A stretch of DNA of 62,579 bases, the filler included, from Globobulimina sp. (Eukaryota): assembly GCA_003354225.1 (NCBI GenBank). It is 32 parts of 32 records of this genome, joined end to end, with 100 filler letters (N's around TTAATTAATTAA, not from the genome) between each part and the next. Parts side by side here need not be neighbours in the genome. Positions count along the whole stretch, not along the records: positions 1 to 1,860 come from PIVH01011145.1; positions 1,961 to 3,820 come from PIVH01011146.1; positions 3,921 to 5,780 come from PIVH01011147.1; positions 5,881 to 7,740 come from PIVH01011148.1; positions 7,841 to 9,700 come from PIVH01011149.1; positions 9,801 to 11,660 come from PIVH01011150.1; 26 more parts are not named here. One strand, written 5' to 3'. Of this stretch, positions 1 through 9,930 are shown in pieces. Position 1 is the first letter of the stretch. Every line of letters begins with the position of its first letter. The translations under genes were made by a program, and so were the position numbers. The notes beneath the pieces are model-generated. The model was not told the origin of the DNA, did not search any database, and worked only from the letters and a program-made list of their open reading frames with translations.

Positions 1-149
1 TCAGTTGGGGAATTCATATGGCAATGCTGATCTTTTTCAGCTTTGGTGTTGGCTGGTTACTGAAAGAATGGAAAGGCTATAGCTCAGCCACATTAAATAC
101 CTTGTATTTTGGCCTAGCGGCTTTATTACTCTCTTTTGGCATCATATGA
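1..149 (+). CDS. rhaT: Bacterial L-rhamnose/H+ symporter RhaT-like, C-terminal fragment (not in ORF track)
   Basis: Frame from position 3 reads SWGIHMAMLIFFSFGVGWLLKEWKGYSSATLNTLYFGLAALLLSFGII*. This matches the RhaT C-terminal SW..M..L....G..LKEWKG pattern. It stops slightly early, at a probable chimeric junction. Confidence 0.6.
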   Translation, partial: SWGIHMAMLIFFSFGVGWLLKEWKGYSSATLNTLYFGLAALLLSFGII

Positions 150-335
150 GTGGAACGGTAAGAGGCCATATCCTGGAGCGACAGGTTAATGACATTACGA
201 CTAACCCAGACTTCTCCCCGTTTCACCCGTAAGAGGGCTTTCTGCATTTTCTCGGAACTTAAATCCCGTGACGAAAATCCCCTGACTCCAAGTTTCAATA
301 ACTCCACTTTCTCTTTATCGGAGAATGGTAATAAT
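150..335 (-). CDS. Bacterial NarL/LuxR-type response regulator, internal receiver-domain fragment
   Basis: PFSDKEKVELLKLGVRGFSSRDLSSEKMQKALLRVKRGEVWVSR resembles the end of a NarL-family REC domain. No N-terminus or HTH is present. The tail of ORF 77..307 is only antisense of the RhaT fragment. Confidence 0.5.
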
Positions 336-788
336 GTACGGCGATATAGTTATAATTATAAACACGACAACAAACGCTTTCGGAGAGAGCTATGGAATGA
401 TAACTTGGACGCTATGTTCAAGACACCCAATACACATTATTTGCGGCAACATATTGCGCCGATGGTGTTTGACACGAATTCCGTGTACGATTTTGATGCA
501 TGGAGCAAATATGTGTATGGCGATGGGGATGATAGCAAAGAGGAATGGTGGCGGGACGATCGGTGTAAAAAAGGGTGGACATTTAAGGCCTGGCAGATGA
601 AGAAACGCATTGATTATTTCTACGTAAATCGGGAGTTGTTTGGCAAGATTACGGATATGCAAATTGTCGGAGTTAATGTGTCGAAAACAATCAAGGATTT
701 GCAGCCTGTTGGTGGTGTTGATGAGATGTTTGATACTTTGTATGCGTCTGATCATAGATTTCTGTTCATTGATATTAATATTGACTGA
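324..788 (+). CDS. Endonuclease/exonuclease/phosphatase (EEP) family protein, C-terminal part
   Basis: Motifs DAW...GWTF...RIDYFYV...ASDHR are typical of the EEP C-terminus. The 5' part of ORF 189..788 overlaps foreign sequence. Confidence 0.65.
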   Translation, partial: NGNNVRRYSYNYKHDNKRFRRELWNDNLDAMFKTPNTHYLRQHIAPMVFDTNSVYDFDAWSKYVYGDGDDSKEEWWRDDRCKKGWTFKAWQMKKRIDYFYVNRELFGKITDMQIVGVNVSKTIKDLQPVGGVDEMFDTLYASDHRFLFIDINID

Positions 789-979
789 GTGTAAGTCGTT
801 TTTTTGGGTGCTCTCAGACATAATATTTAACTTTTTTTCGCTATTCTTTGTATCCCGGACTTTTAAGACAAAAACAGACAGGATTCAAGTGCTAGGATAA
901 AATAACGTTTTTGAGAAATTTCTATAAATTATTTTTTTTCCAATTGTTGACTAACGCAAAAAAGCCAAAAAGGAAAAAG

Positions 980-1542
980 TTATAATTGACCACAATTTGT
1001 GATTTCAATTTTCTTTTTAGTTTTGCCGCCCTGAGATCCATAACTCTCGACTTGTTTCACCACATCCAATCCTTTGGTGACTTGCCCAAAAACAACATGT
1101 TTACCATCTAACCAGCCAGTTTTTGCTGTACATAAAAAGAATTGTGATCCGTTAGTATTTGGACCGGCATTCGCCATGCTTAAAATACCGGGGCCGGTAT
1201 GTTTTAATTGGAAATTTTCATCCGCAAATTTCGCCCCATAGATCTATTTATTTTGTATTGGCGCAAATTCGCATATTATCGCAACTACAAAAACTAAACT
1301 GATTTGCCACCGGTTCCATTATGTCGCGTAAAATCACCACCTTGACACATAAAATCAGGGATTACTCTGTGAAAAGTAGAATTTTTGAAATGTAAACCAT
1401 TGCCTTTCTCGCCGGTGCATAAACATCTAAAATTTTCTGCTGTTTTGGGTACGACATCAGCTCTTAATGTCATTTCAATTCGACCAAGATTTTTTCCGCC
1501 TGCTGCGACATCGAAGAATACAACGGGATTCTTTTGAGACAT
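980..1542 (-). CDS. CYPA: Cyclophilin A-type peptidyl-prolyl isomerase, 2 exons (intron 1244-1299)
   Basis: [40 protein letters not shown] and [10 protein letters not shown] are present. A 56-nt GT-AG intron restores GGKS|IYG. Confidence 0.97.
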
Positions 1543-1697
1543 GGTGTATTTGGTGTACTTGGTTATTGAAAGGGATGAGTAGGATAGATAGAGCTTTTTG
1601 TAACAAAGTTTTTTAGTTGAAAACACAACCTGCGGTTTGAAAACCTCGGTATACAATAAAAAGTCAGGATTGGTGTATGAGGTTTATGGAAGTTGCC

Positions 1698-1731
1698 ACG
1701 TGAAAAAGATGCAGTTTGATATACTGCATTT
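1698..1731. repeat. Dispersed palindromic element, also present at 43660-43693
   Basis: ACGTGAnnAAGATGCAGTTTGATATACTGCATTT is 32/34 identical between two unrelated contigs and has an ATGCAGT/ACTGCAT stem. Confidence 0.8.
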
Positions 1732-1860
1732 GGTTGGACATTCTCTAAACGATATATTCCAAAAGATAATCCTCCCTGTTTGTATACACCAGAGATGCGA
1801 GGTATATATAGATTCATTCGTATTAATGCTATATTAATGCTATGTTAATGCTATTTTCTT

Positions 1861-1960
1861 NNNNNNNNNNNNNNNNNNNNNNNNNNNNNNNNNNNNNNNN
1901 NNNNTTAATTAATTAANNNNNNNNNNNNNNNNNNNNNNNNNNNNNNNNNNNNNNNNNNNN
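1861..1960. other. Artificial contig linker N44-TTAATTAATTAA-N44 (first of 31, about every 1.96 kb)
   Basis: Identical 100-bp spacer with stops in all six frames. It separates unrelated pieces that are sorted by length. Confidence 0.99.
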
Positions 1961-2274
1961 TTGAAAATCCTCATAAAGTTGGTGAATTATGGGAATTTCC
2001 ACTACATATCATGGACAGTTATTTGATCAACAAAAGCGGCAGATGGCAAAATCAAAGCTTGGAAGATGTGCAAGATGCGACTAAAAAAATGTTGGAAAAA
2101 GTTGACAGCAACAATATTAAATACTTAACAATATTGTCCCATGATCGTTTTTTCTGCAACGAATTTTTAACATGGCGAGACTGGTATATTTGGATGATGA
2201 ACTATTTAATTGACAACGATTTAAGTTTTATTGATTACAATGGTGCTATTAAAGAACTGGAACAATCCTCCTAA
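1961..2274 (+). CDS. Bacterial polysaccharide deacetylase-like protein, C-terminal part
   Basis: LWEFPLHIMD...TILSHD motifs; lies directly upstream of a glycosyltransferase. Confidence 0.55.
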
Positions 2275-2329
2275 TTTTTGTCGGGTTGTTCGTTACTGAT
2301 AATGATTTATTAATAAAAAGCTTCAGATT

Positions 2330-3544
2330 ATGAACATTTGGTATTTTTCAGCATATGACCAGCCTAGAGGACATTCTTCTCGTACTTATGATTTTGCTCG
2401 TATGCTTAAAAATCGTGGGCATTCAGTTAGTATATTTACTAACAGCATTTGCCACTATACACAAAAGGATCGAATTAAAGGTAATATAAAATGGTTAGAA
2501 GAAGAAATAGATGGACTTTTAATAACCTGGCTTAAAACTCCTCCATATACAAATAATCTGCAGCGTTTTAATAATATGTTTTTTAATGCCTATCGTGCCT
2601 TACAGGCTGGTAAAATACGACAAGATAGACCAGATATTATTGTGGGTCCCACTGTACCTCTTTTTACATCCTGGTCTGCTCAACGGTTGGCTAAACGATA
2701 TGATTGTCCTTTTTTTTTAGAAATTCGTGATATATGGCCGCAAACGTTTGTTGATATGGGGAAAATGAGTACTTATTCTCCAATATTTTATGTGTTACGG
2801 TGGCTTGAAAAAACACTATATAAGACTTCTGATACTATTGTATCAACTTTGCCATTTGGAGCTCAGCATGTGGCCGAATCGGGTGGGGACCCTGATAAAG
2901 TTCTTTGGATACCTAACGGAGTTGATTTGAGTCGTTTTGATGATGTACATTATTCAGATAAGAAATCAAATAAAAAAACTCATTTCGTTTATACAGGTAG
3001 TTTTGGTTCAGGTAATTATTTACTCCCTATAATTGATGCTTGTAAATTAGTGGACATGATTAATCCATTTTGGAGTTTAACTCTTGTAGGAAATGGAAAT
3101 CAACGTCATGAAATTGAGTCTCGAATTAAAGCATATGGATTGAAAGCTAAGATTAGCATGCCAGGAATTATTGAAAAAAAGGAGATTCCGGAGATTATTC
3201 GCTCTGGAGATGCCATGATGATAAGTCTTCGACCAGGTAACTATTTTAGATATGGATGTAATATAAATAAATTGTATGATTATTTTGCAGCGGGTCGACC
3301 TGTAATCTTTTCAGGAAATGTCCCTGATGATCATGTTAAGAAATCAGGTGCGGGGTATTCAGTACCTGCAAAAGATGCGGATGAATTATCTAAAGTAATG
3401 CTCAAATTTATGGATCTATCTATTGTACAACGTGAGAATTTAGGTAAACGGGCTCGAAAATATGCTGAAGAGAATTTTGATGTAAGAAAATTGACAGAAA
3501 TATTGGAAAATAGAATGCTCAAGAGTATTGAGAAAGAAAGGTAA
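2330..3544 (+). CDS. Bacterial glycosyltransferase family 4 (WbuB-like)
   Basis: EIRDIWP, WIPNGVD, YTGSFG and NKLYDYFAAGRPVI are present; 404 aa, no introns. Confidence 0.92.
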   Translation: MNIWYFSAYDQPRGHSSRTYDFARMLKNRGHSVSIFTNSICHYTQKDRIKGNIKWLEEEIDGLLITWLKTPPYTNNLQRFNNMFFNAYRALQAGKIRQDRPDIIVGPTVPLFTSWSAQRLAKRYDCPFFLEIRDIWPQTFVDMGKMSTYSPIFYVLRWLEKTLYKTSDTIVSTLPFGAQHVAESGGDPDKVLWIPNGVDLSRFDDVHYSDKKSNKKTHFVYTGSFGSGNYLLPIIDACKLVDMINPFWSLTLVGNGNQRHEIESRIKAYGLKAKISMPGIIEKKEIPEIIRSGDAMMISLRPGNYFRYGCNINKLYDYFAAGRPVIFSGNVPDDHVKKSGAGYSVPAKDADELSKVMLKFMDLSIVQRENLGKRARKYAEENFDVRKLTEILENRMLKSIEKER

Positions 3545-3692
3545 AAGTATATTTTTTATATTAAGGTATAATATGATCGATGATTATTTAAAAAAATAGA
3601 AGAGCGTAGTCAGGAAAAAAAAGTATTTGATAATAGTTTTAACAGTGAAAATATATATTTAGGTTTTGTAAAATATCTTGAGGTAGTAAACA

Positions 3693-3820
3693 ATGAGTTT
3701 GGAAGAAAGAAAGCTAAAGGAAATTGAGCATTCTGATAAGCGCAGGTTGATAGTCAAGGGGTTTGAGTATAAAACTGATACAAATGATCGAGAAATGGAT
3801 ACCTCATATATTGAGTCAAC
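3693..3820 (+). CDS. Bacterial ORF 5' end, possibly a SAM-dependent methyltransferase of the polysaccharide locus
   Basis: GAGGT RBS, then MSLEERKLKEIEHSDKRRLIVKGFEY..., open to the contig end. The product is a guess. Confidence 0.4.
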
Positions 3821-4032
3821 NNNNNNNNNNNNNNNNNNNNNNNNNNNNNNNNNNNNNNNNNNNNTTAATTAATTAANNNNNNNNNNNNNNNNNNNNNNNN
3901 NNNNNNNNNNNNNNNNNNNNTCTGCATTTTCTTTGTTTGAATAAATGATTAAAATACGACCAAAAATCTTTTGAATCTTTTGAATAATGATTTACAAAAA
4001 CTTCAAATCAAAAATCTTTTGAATAATTTAAT

Positions 4033-4846
4033 ATGGCATCACAACTGGCACATACCGAAGGTAAACTCGATAAACTCGGTCATGATGCTTTCAAGTATCC
4101 AATATATGTCAGAGAAGCATTTATGTCTAAAATCAGAGGTCGAAACAATTCAAATATCAATAAATTCTCCAAAAAATATGGTATTAAAATAGAATGTATT
4201 CAAGAAGGATCAGCGAATGCTCATTTTCTATTAACTGGGAAAAAATCCAATGTTAAAAAGGCTTTTATAACAATCACAAATAACTTTAAGCAGTATATTA
4301 TCAAACCAGTATGTGTATATTTATCAGTTCTGATCTGATCTGATCTGAGTCATTCCCTCCAAATCTGCCTGACAGCCAAGAGAAAAAAAACATCGACGAG
4401 AAGGAAAACAAAAAGTTACAAAGAATCGAAAGAGATCAATGGTTGTCGCGAAACAATATGATTTACAACAATTTAAATCATGTTTTCGTCCGAGCATTAT
4501 GGCAGTGATTCAAATGTATTATTATCGCAAATCTGTAGGAACTGTGAAATTCTGGGACATTGATAGAAAATATGGATTTATTAAAATTAGCAATGCAATA
4601 CCTATACAAGATGTATTTGTACATTATAAAGGGATATATAAATATCCAAGAAATCCAATAAAAAATCCATCTTTGACAAGAGGTGAACCTGTGGAATTTG
4701 CTGTTGTTCATTGTAATGATGGAAGAATAGCGGCGGTGTTTGTTACTGGTCCTCGTGGTCAATCTGTAGAAGGAAATATTAATGTTCTAAAAAGATATAT
4801 TGAATTACTTAGGATGTATGATGAACAAAGTTCTGATGATTCTTAA
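4033..4846 (+). CDS. KH-like domain plus Y-box-type cold-shock domain protein, 2 exons (intron 4309-4375)
   Basis: A phase-0 GTATGT..CAG intron joins ORFs 4033 and 4439 in frame. KH-like segment: IRGRNNSNI..I....LTG...V..A. CSD: GTVKFW..KYGFI...DVFVHY...GEPVEF...VTGPRG. Confidence 0.8.
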
Positions 4847-4949
4847 AATATTATTATGTTTTTTGTTTAGTTTTGTCATGATTTTTTTTGATGCTTATCA
4901 GCTCGTGATGTTTTTTACAAAATTATGTTAAAAACCTAAATATTGAATA

Positions 4950-5780
4950 ATGTCAGCAGGACGAGAAATAATCTCAATCCATTTGGGCCAAGCCGGCATC
5001 CAAATGGGTTCATCACTGTGGGAACAATATTGCAAAGAACATAAGATTGGTTTAGACGGCGACCGCATCGACAAAAAATACAAAAGAATGGAAAAGATAC
5101 GCAAAAATTCCTCCAACCAATGGGAAGCCGTAAACCCTCAGCCCCAAATCGCTGACACTGACAACAGCGACGATGACAATAGAAATGGCTTTGTGAACAT
5201 GGAAAAGCCGCGTAAAAGCAATACAGCAGACTCAGAAAACAAATCCAATCCCAATCCCAGCACTCCCGCCGAACAACAAGAAACCCCAGACAATGACCTC
5301 TCAGATTTACCCAAATCGCTCCAAGCGCGCATCCAGGAATCCTCCGTCTTCTTCAGCTACAACCAAAGCAACGACACGCATTGCCCCCGCGCCTTATTGA
5401 TGGACTTGGAGCGCAACGTGGTGGACGATATGAAAAACTCTGCCTTCGGCGGCTTATTCAACCCATCCTTCTACGTCGTAGGTATTTAATATAAATAATA
5501 CAACCCATCTATTCGCAAAATCGCACATAAACAAATTAAATTCAACATTAATGAACATAACAGGGCAAGAGGACGCCGCCAACAATTACGCGCGCGGCCA
5601 TTATACGATCGGCGCAGACTATTTGGACCAGAGCCTGGAAGTGCTCCGCAAACAGGTCGAGTCCTGCGAGCATTTGCAAGGCTTTCTGTTCAATTTGGCG
5701 GTGGGCGGCGGCACCGGCAGCGGCTTCGGCGGCTTATTGGCGGAGGAGCTGACGAGTCAGTACCGCAAGAAAGTCAAGTT
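4950..5780 (+). CDS. TUBA: Divergent alpha-tubulin, 5' part (intron 5482-5563), with a large loop insertion
   Basis: [40 protein letters not shown] and GGGTGSG are present. Confidence 0.93.
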
Positions 5781-6076
5781 NNNNNNNNNNNNNNNNNNNN
5801 NNNNNNNNNNNNNNNNNNNNNNNNTTAATTAATTAANNNNNNNNNNNNNNNNNNNNNNNNNNNNNNNNNNNNNNNNNNNNGTATATTTAATTATAGTTAA
5901 TAAGAGCATGGGGACCAACGAATTGCGCACTGGGTGCGAGGATACAAAAAATATAATATGCAAAACAAATTAATGCACCTTATACTCTTCGTTGATAATT
6001 TTCTGATTCAATTGTTCGTCTATGTTGGCCATGATTTGTGTGTTATGTTTTCTGATTGAAAACGTTTTTGGACAAC

Positions 6077-7559
6077 ATGTCAGCAGTTGTTGCAGGTGTT
6101 GATAGAAACAGATTAAAACACATCAACACATATTTAGAAAAATGTCTAGCAAAAAATAAATTGCCATGCGCTGCAATTGCAGTGTATAGAAAAAATGTGT
6201 TAGTGCATGAATCATATCACGGATATCAGCACATTGGCAAACAAATACCGTTAACAAAGAATAGTAACACCATATTTCGCATTTATTCAATGTCGAAACC
6301 AATTGTCAGTGTAGCCTTAATGCAATTATATGAAAGAGGGAAATTTAAATTAAGAGACCCAGTAAAATTATATATTCCAAGTTTTGACAAACGAAAACTG
6401 CCCGGAATATATGACTATGAGCAAAACAAAAAGCTCTCAAAAAAAGAGTTGACACTAAAAAACATCTCCACAAAGCCGATCAAATCGCAAATACGAATCT
6501 GGCAAATGCTGACACATTCAAGTGGATTGACGTATGGTTTTGATAGATTTGGTGTACTATCACCTGTTGATAAACTATACAATGATAATGGATGCGGTAT
6601 GTGCTGTGTACATATATTTTCATGCATAGTTTATAGAAACGATTGATTTCTACAGTTTTGAATCAAGATAAATCACAAAATATGACATTGGAGGAATTTA
6701 TAGATAACAGATTAACGAAAATGCCGTTGACATTCGAGCCAGGCGAAAAATGGAATTATTCATTGTCTACCGATGGTATGTTGTGTTATATCCATTCAAG
6801 TGTCCAACAAATTGTGTTTGTCAGTTTGTGGGAGATTGGTGGAGGTAATATCGGGCATGAAATTGGATGAATACTTATATCGATACATATTTAAACCATT
6901 GCAAATGAATGATACTGGTTTTTATGTTCCTGATCATAAATTGAATCGGTTCGCAGCGTTATATATGTCATCCAATGCTCAGACAACATTAGGGCCGAGA
7001 GCTGAGAATATGAGAAGGCGGAAAGAGGAATTAATTGATATCAGTGCTATGGTACAGCATAATTATAGTAAGAAACATAAGTATTTATCAGGCGGCGGAG
7101 GGTTAGTCAGCACATTGGATGACTACAATAAGTTTACTTTGATGTGGCAAAGGAATGAATGGTAAACAAATAATTTCGAGGAAAACGGTGCAATTTATGA
7201 CCATGAATCATTTAGCAAATAATGCAGATTTGCGCTCATTGGCTGTGGCCGGATATAATGAGATTACACAGAGAGGGATTGGATTTGGTTTAGGTTTCAG
7301 TGTTGTTTTGGATCCAAATGTGAAAGGTAGCTCTGGTATGCGATGTGGTGATGGATCGGGGCAAATATCATCGGTTGGGTCGTATTCTTGGGGCGGAGCG
7401 GCGGAAACTTTCTTTTGGTGTGATCCTAAAGAAGATTTATGTGTTGTTTTTATGACTCAATTACTTTATAATGATCGACTAAGATTTGATATACGATCAA
7501 CGATACAAACACTTATTTATGGAGCTATTGTTGATGATGACATCAAAGCAAAATTGTAA
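6077..7559 (+). CDS. Beta-lactamase-fold serine hydrolase with PTS1-like C-terminus; introns 6597-6655 and 6776-6824; frameshift near 7146
   Basis: SxxK motif in FRIYSMSKP, plus LTHSSGLTY, FEPGEKWNYS, SGGGGLVST and YSWGGAA. The protein ends in AKL. Two GT-AG introns restore the frame. Confidence 0.88.
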
Positions 7560-8015
7560 ATGTGTCACCGTGATGTTGCACTACCCACCAAAAATCTTAA
7601 ACTTTACGTCTTAGTTTTTTATGTATGGAAACATTGCAACAGGAGATAACGGGGAATGAAGTGCCGAACATCGATCAAGAGATAATGGGTAATGATACAC
7701 AACGGTCACAAATAATCGTCAGTGGCTATATTGCATTGTTNNNNNNNNNNNNNNNNNNNNNNNNNNNNNNNNNNNNNNNNNNNNTTAATTAATTAANNNN
7801 NNNNNNNNNNNNNNNNNNNNNNNNNNNNNNNNNNNNNNNNCTTCGAATACTAGGTTGAAAACCTCTAGCTAACCCAAAAACCTTGCCAATCACAAAAGAA
7901 GTGTTTAGAAGTTTAAGCCTAAAAAGTCAATGGTGTTGTATTATATTAGTAGTGATGCGATCATTAGAAAAAAAAGTTGGTGCATTGACATATTTTAATA
8001 TGTTAAAAATAATAA

Positions 8016-9056
8016 CTATTCCACAACATTTATTGGGTCATTTAGATACACATCGTATCTTTTCATAAATGCCATAAATTCTGCTCCCAACCATTCTGGT
8101 CGCAAATCTAATAAACCAACATATCTTTTATATGCTTGGCTGCATATTTGCTTATAAACCTTTTGCTTTCTGGCTGAATCCTTCACAAATTTTAATAAAT
8201 GTCTCTGTATTTCAGCAGCAGATTCACGATTTCTCGCATAAATCGACATATGTATTAATCTTAATATGTTGGCACTTAATCCATTCCGATAAAATAAATT
8301 TAAATCACCACTTTGGAGAATATATTGCAATGCATTTGAATCTTGTACTTCTGTCCATCGCTGAAGCGCACGATACATTGTCCATGCTTTTGCATTCATT
8401 TTGCCGTCAATGATAAACGGATACTGTTCAAATATGTGAATGCCATGTCCGTCCATGGTTTCTTTATCAAAAGGCGCGTTCATTAATTGTGCATAATCCC
8501 ACACCAACTCAGTACCTTTGGATAGATCATCCGTGGCAAATACAACAATGCTGTCATCAAAGACATTCAATACCAATGACACTGTGGTTGGATATCCATG
8601 ATTTAATTTGCTGATCAATCCATACACCACATGCACGGCATTTGTTAGTGCTTTGACCAGATTTTTAATATCCATGGCTATGAATGAATTATTAATAACA
8701 GAATAATCCTTTGGTAAATAACCTGGAACCGCCTGTTTGAATGCGCAGTTTGTTTCTAAATCATCCCATATCTTTTTGGTAACATTTCCAAATTTACCCT
8801 GTGTGATATCACGCATTGTTTGTAACCATTCATTGGAACCAGGTTCATCCGTAAACATTGGATATTCGATAATTAATGCTTCGCCCATCAATACATTTTG
8901 ATTTACCATCAATCCTTGACCTTTGCCGCTGATGTTTACCAATTCAACTGCTGGGTGGACAAAAATGGTTTTATACTCATTAATAAATGGTTTGGTACTA
9001 TGCACTAATGAGGATTCACAAAATAATACTGCTGCAATAAAATGAACAACGTTCAT
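8016..9056 (-). CDS. SMYD-like SET-domain protein with a putative signal peptide
   Basis: GKGQGLMV....GE.LIIEYP, SKLNHG and VFATDDLSKGTELVWDY are present; hydrophobic N-terminus MNVVHFIAAVLFCESSLVHS. Confidence 0.75.
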   Translation of the reverse strand: MNVVHFIAAVLFCESSLVHSTKPFINEYKTIFVHPAVELVNISGKGQGLMVNQNVLMGEALIIEYPMFTDEPGSNEWLQTMRDITQGKFGNVTKKIWDDLETNCAFKQAVPGYLPKDYSVINNSFIAMDIKNLVKALTNAVHVVYGLISKLNHGYPTTVSLVLNVFDDSIVVFATDDLSKGTELVWDYAQLMNAPFDKETMDGHGIHIFEQYPFIIDGKMNAKAWTMYRALQRWTEVQDSNALQYILQSGDLNLFYRNGLSANILRLIHMSIYARNRESAAEIQRHLLKFVKDSARKQKVYKQICSQAYKRYVGLLDLRPEWLGAEFMAFMKRYDVYLNDPINVVE

Positions 9057-9254
9057 TTGATAATTGATAATCGGATCTGGATGGAAATTGGATTAAAATC
9101 TTGATAAATACCAGCACTCATTTAGCGAATTTGCGCAAATAATTATATCCATGGTGCAGCTACAATTTATTAGTATAGAAAAACATTTTCTGTTAAAAGC
9201 ATTTTCGATGAACAATACATTCATGTTTTGAGATACAATTATTTGCAAATTCCG

Positions 9255-9577
9255 CATAATTTGTGTCATTTTCTCTCTGTTTGCTTTATGGTTCAAAGGT
9301 GTTCTCCATAAAGTTGGGTGTTCCTCCGGTGCTATACGCAGTTCATTGTAAAACTATATATACATTTTGATATCATATTATACCTATTGTAATGGTTTAA
9401 TATCAGACCAATATAATTTCCTAATTAATTTTCATACTGTATGGTGCCATATTTTTTGTCCCTATCAAACATCGAGAATGGAATATATATGGTTTCCATA
9501 TTCTTCTGATTCTTATATTTTGTTCTTTGCTTCATCACCAACATAAGCATCTTTCGTCCCATCCCAACCATTACACC
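9255..9577 (-). pseudogene. Degraded actin gene fragment retaining an intron (9354-9437)
   Basis: GVMVGMG/KDAYVGDEA (frameshifted), [19 protein letters not shown] and [10 protein letters not shown] are recognisable, with stops and deletions between them. Confidence 0.88.
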
Positions 9578-9872
9578 TTTTGTGCAAGCTTTATTATATT
9601 ATATGCGGTTATTAGAGTGACTGTGCAGTAATAGTTAAGCTAGCTGTTTTTAGTAATTTAATCTAACGCCATATTAATTATTTATGTGTATTTGTATCAT
9701 NNNNNNNNNNNNNNNNNNNNNNNNNNNNNNNNNNNNNNNNNNNNTTAATTAATTAANNNNNNNNNNNNNNNNNNNNNNNNNNNNNNNNNNNNNNNNNNNN
9801 AAGTTTTAAGTTTAGCAAAATATGAAAATAATGCATATGACAATGATATTATTAATAATATTCAAGTTATAA

Positions 9873-9907
9873 AACTTCAACTAACTTCAACTAACTTCAA
9901 CTAACTC
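9873..9907 (+). repeat. 10-bp tandem repeat (AACTTCAACT) x about 3.5
   Basis: Seen directly, upstream of the retroelement-like ORFs. Confidence 0.85.
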
Positions 9908-9930
9908 CATACTCTCGCCATTTTTTTTAG

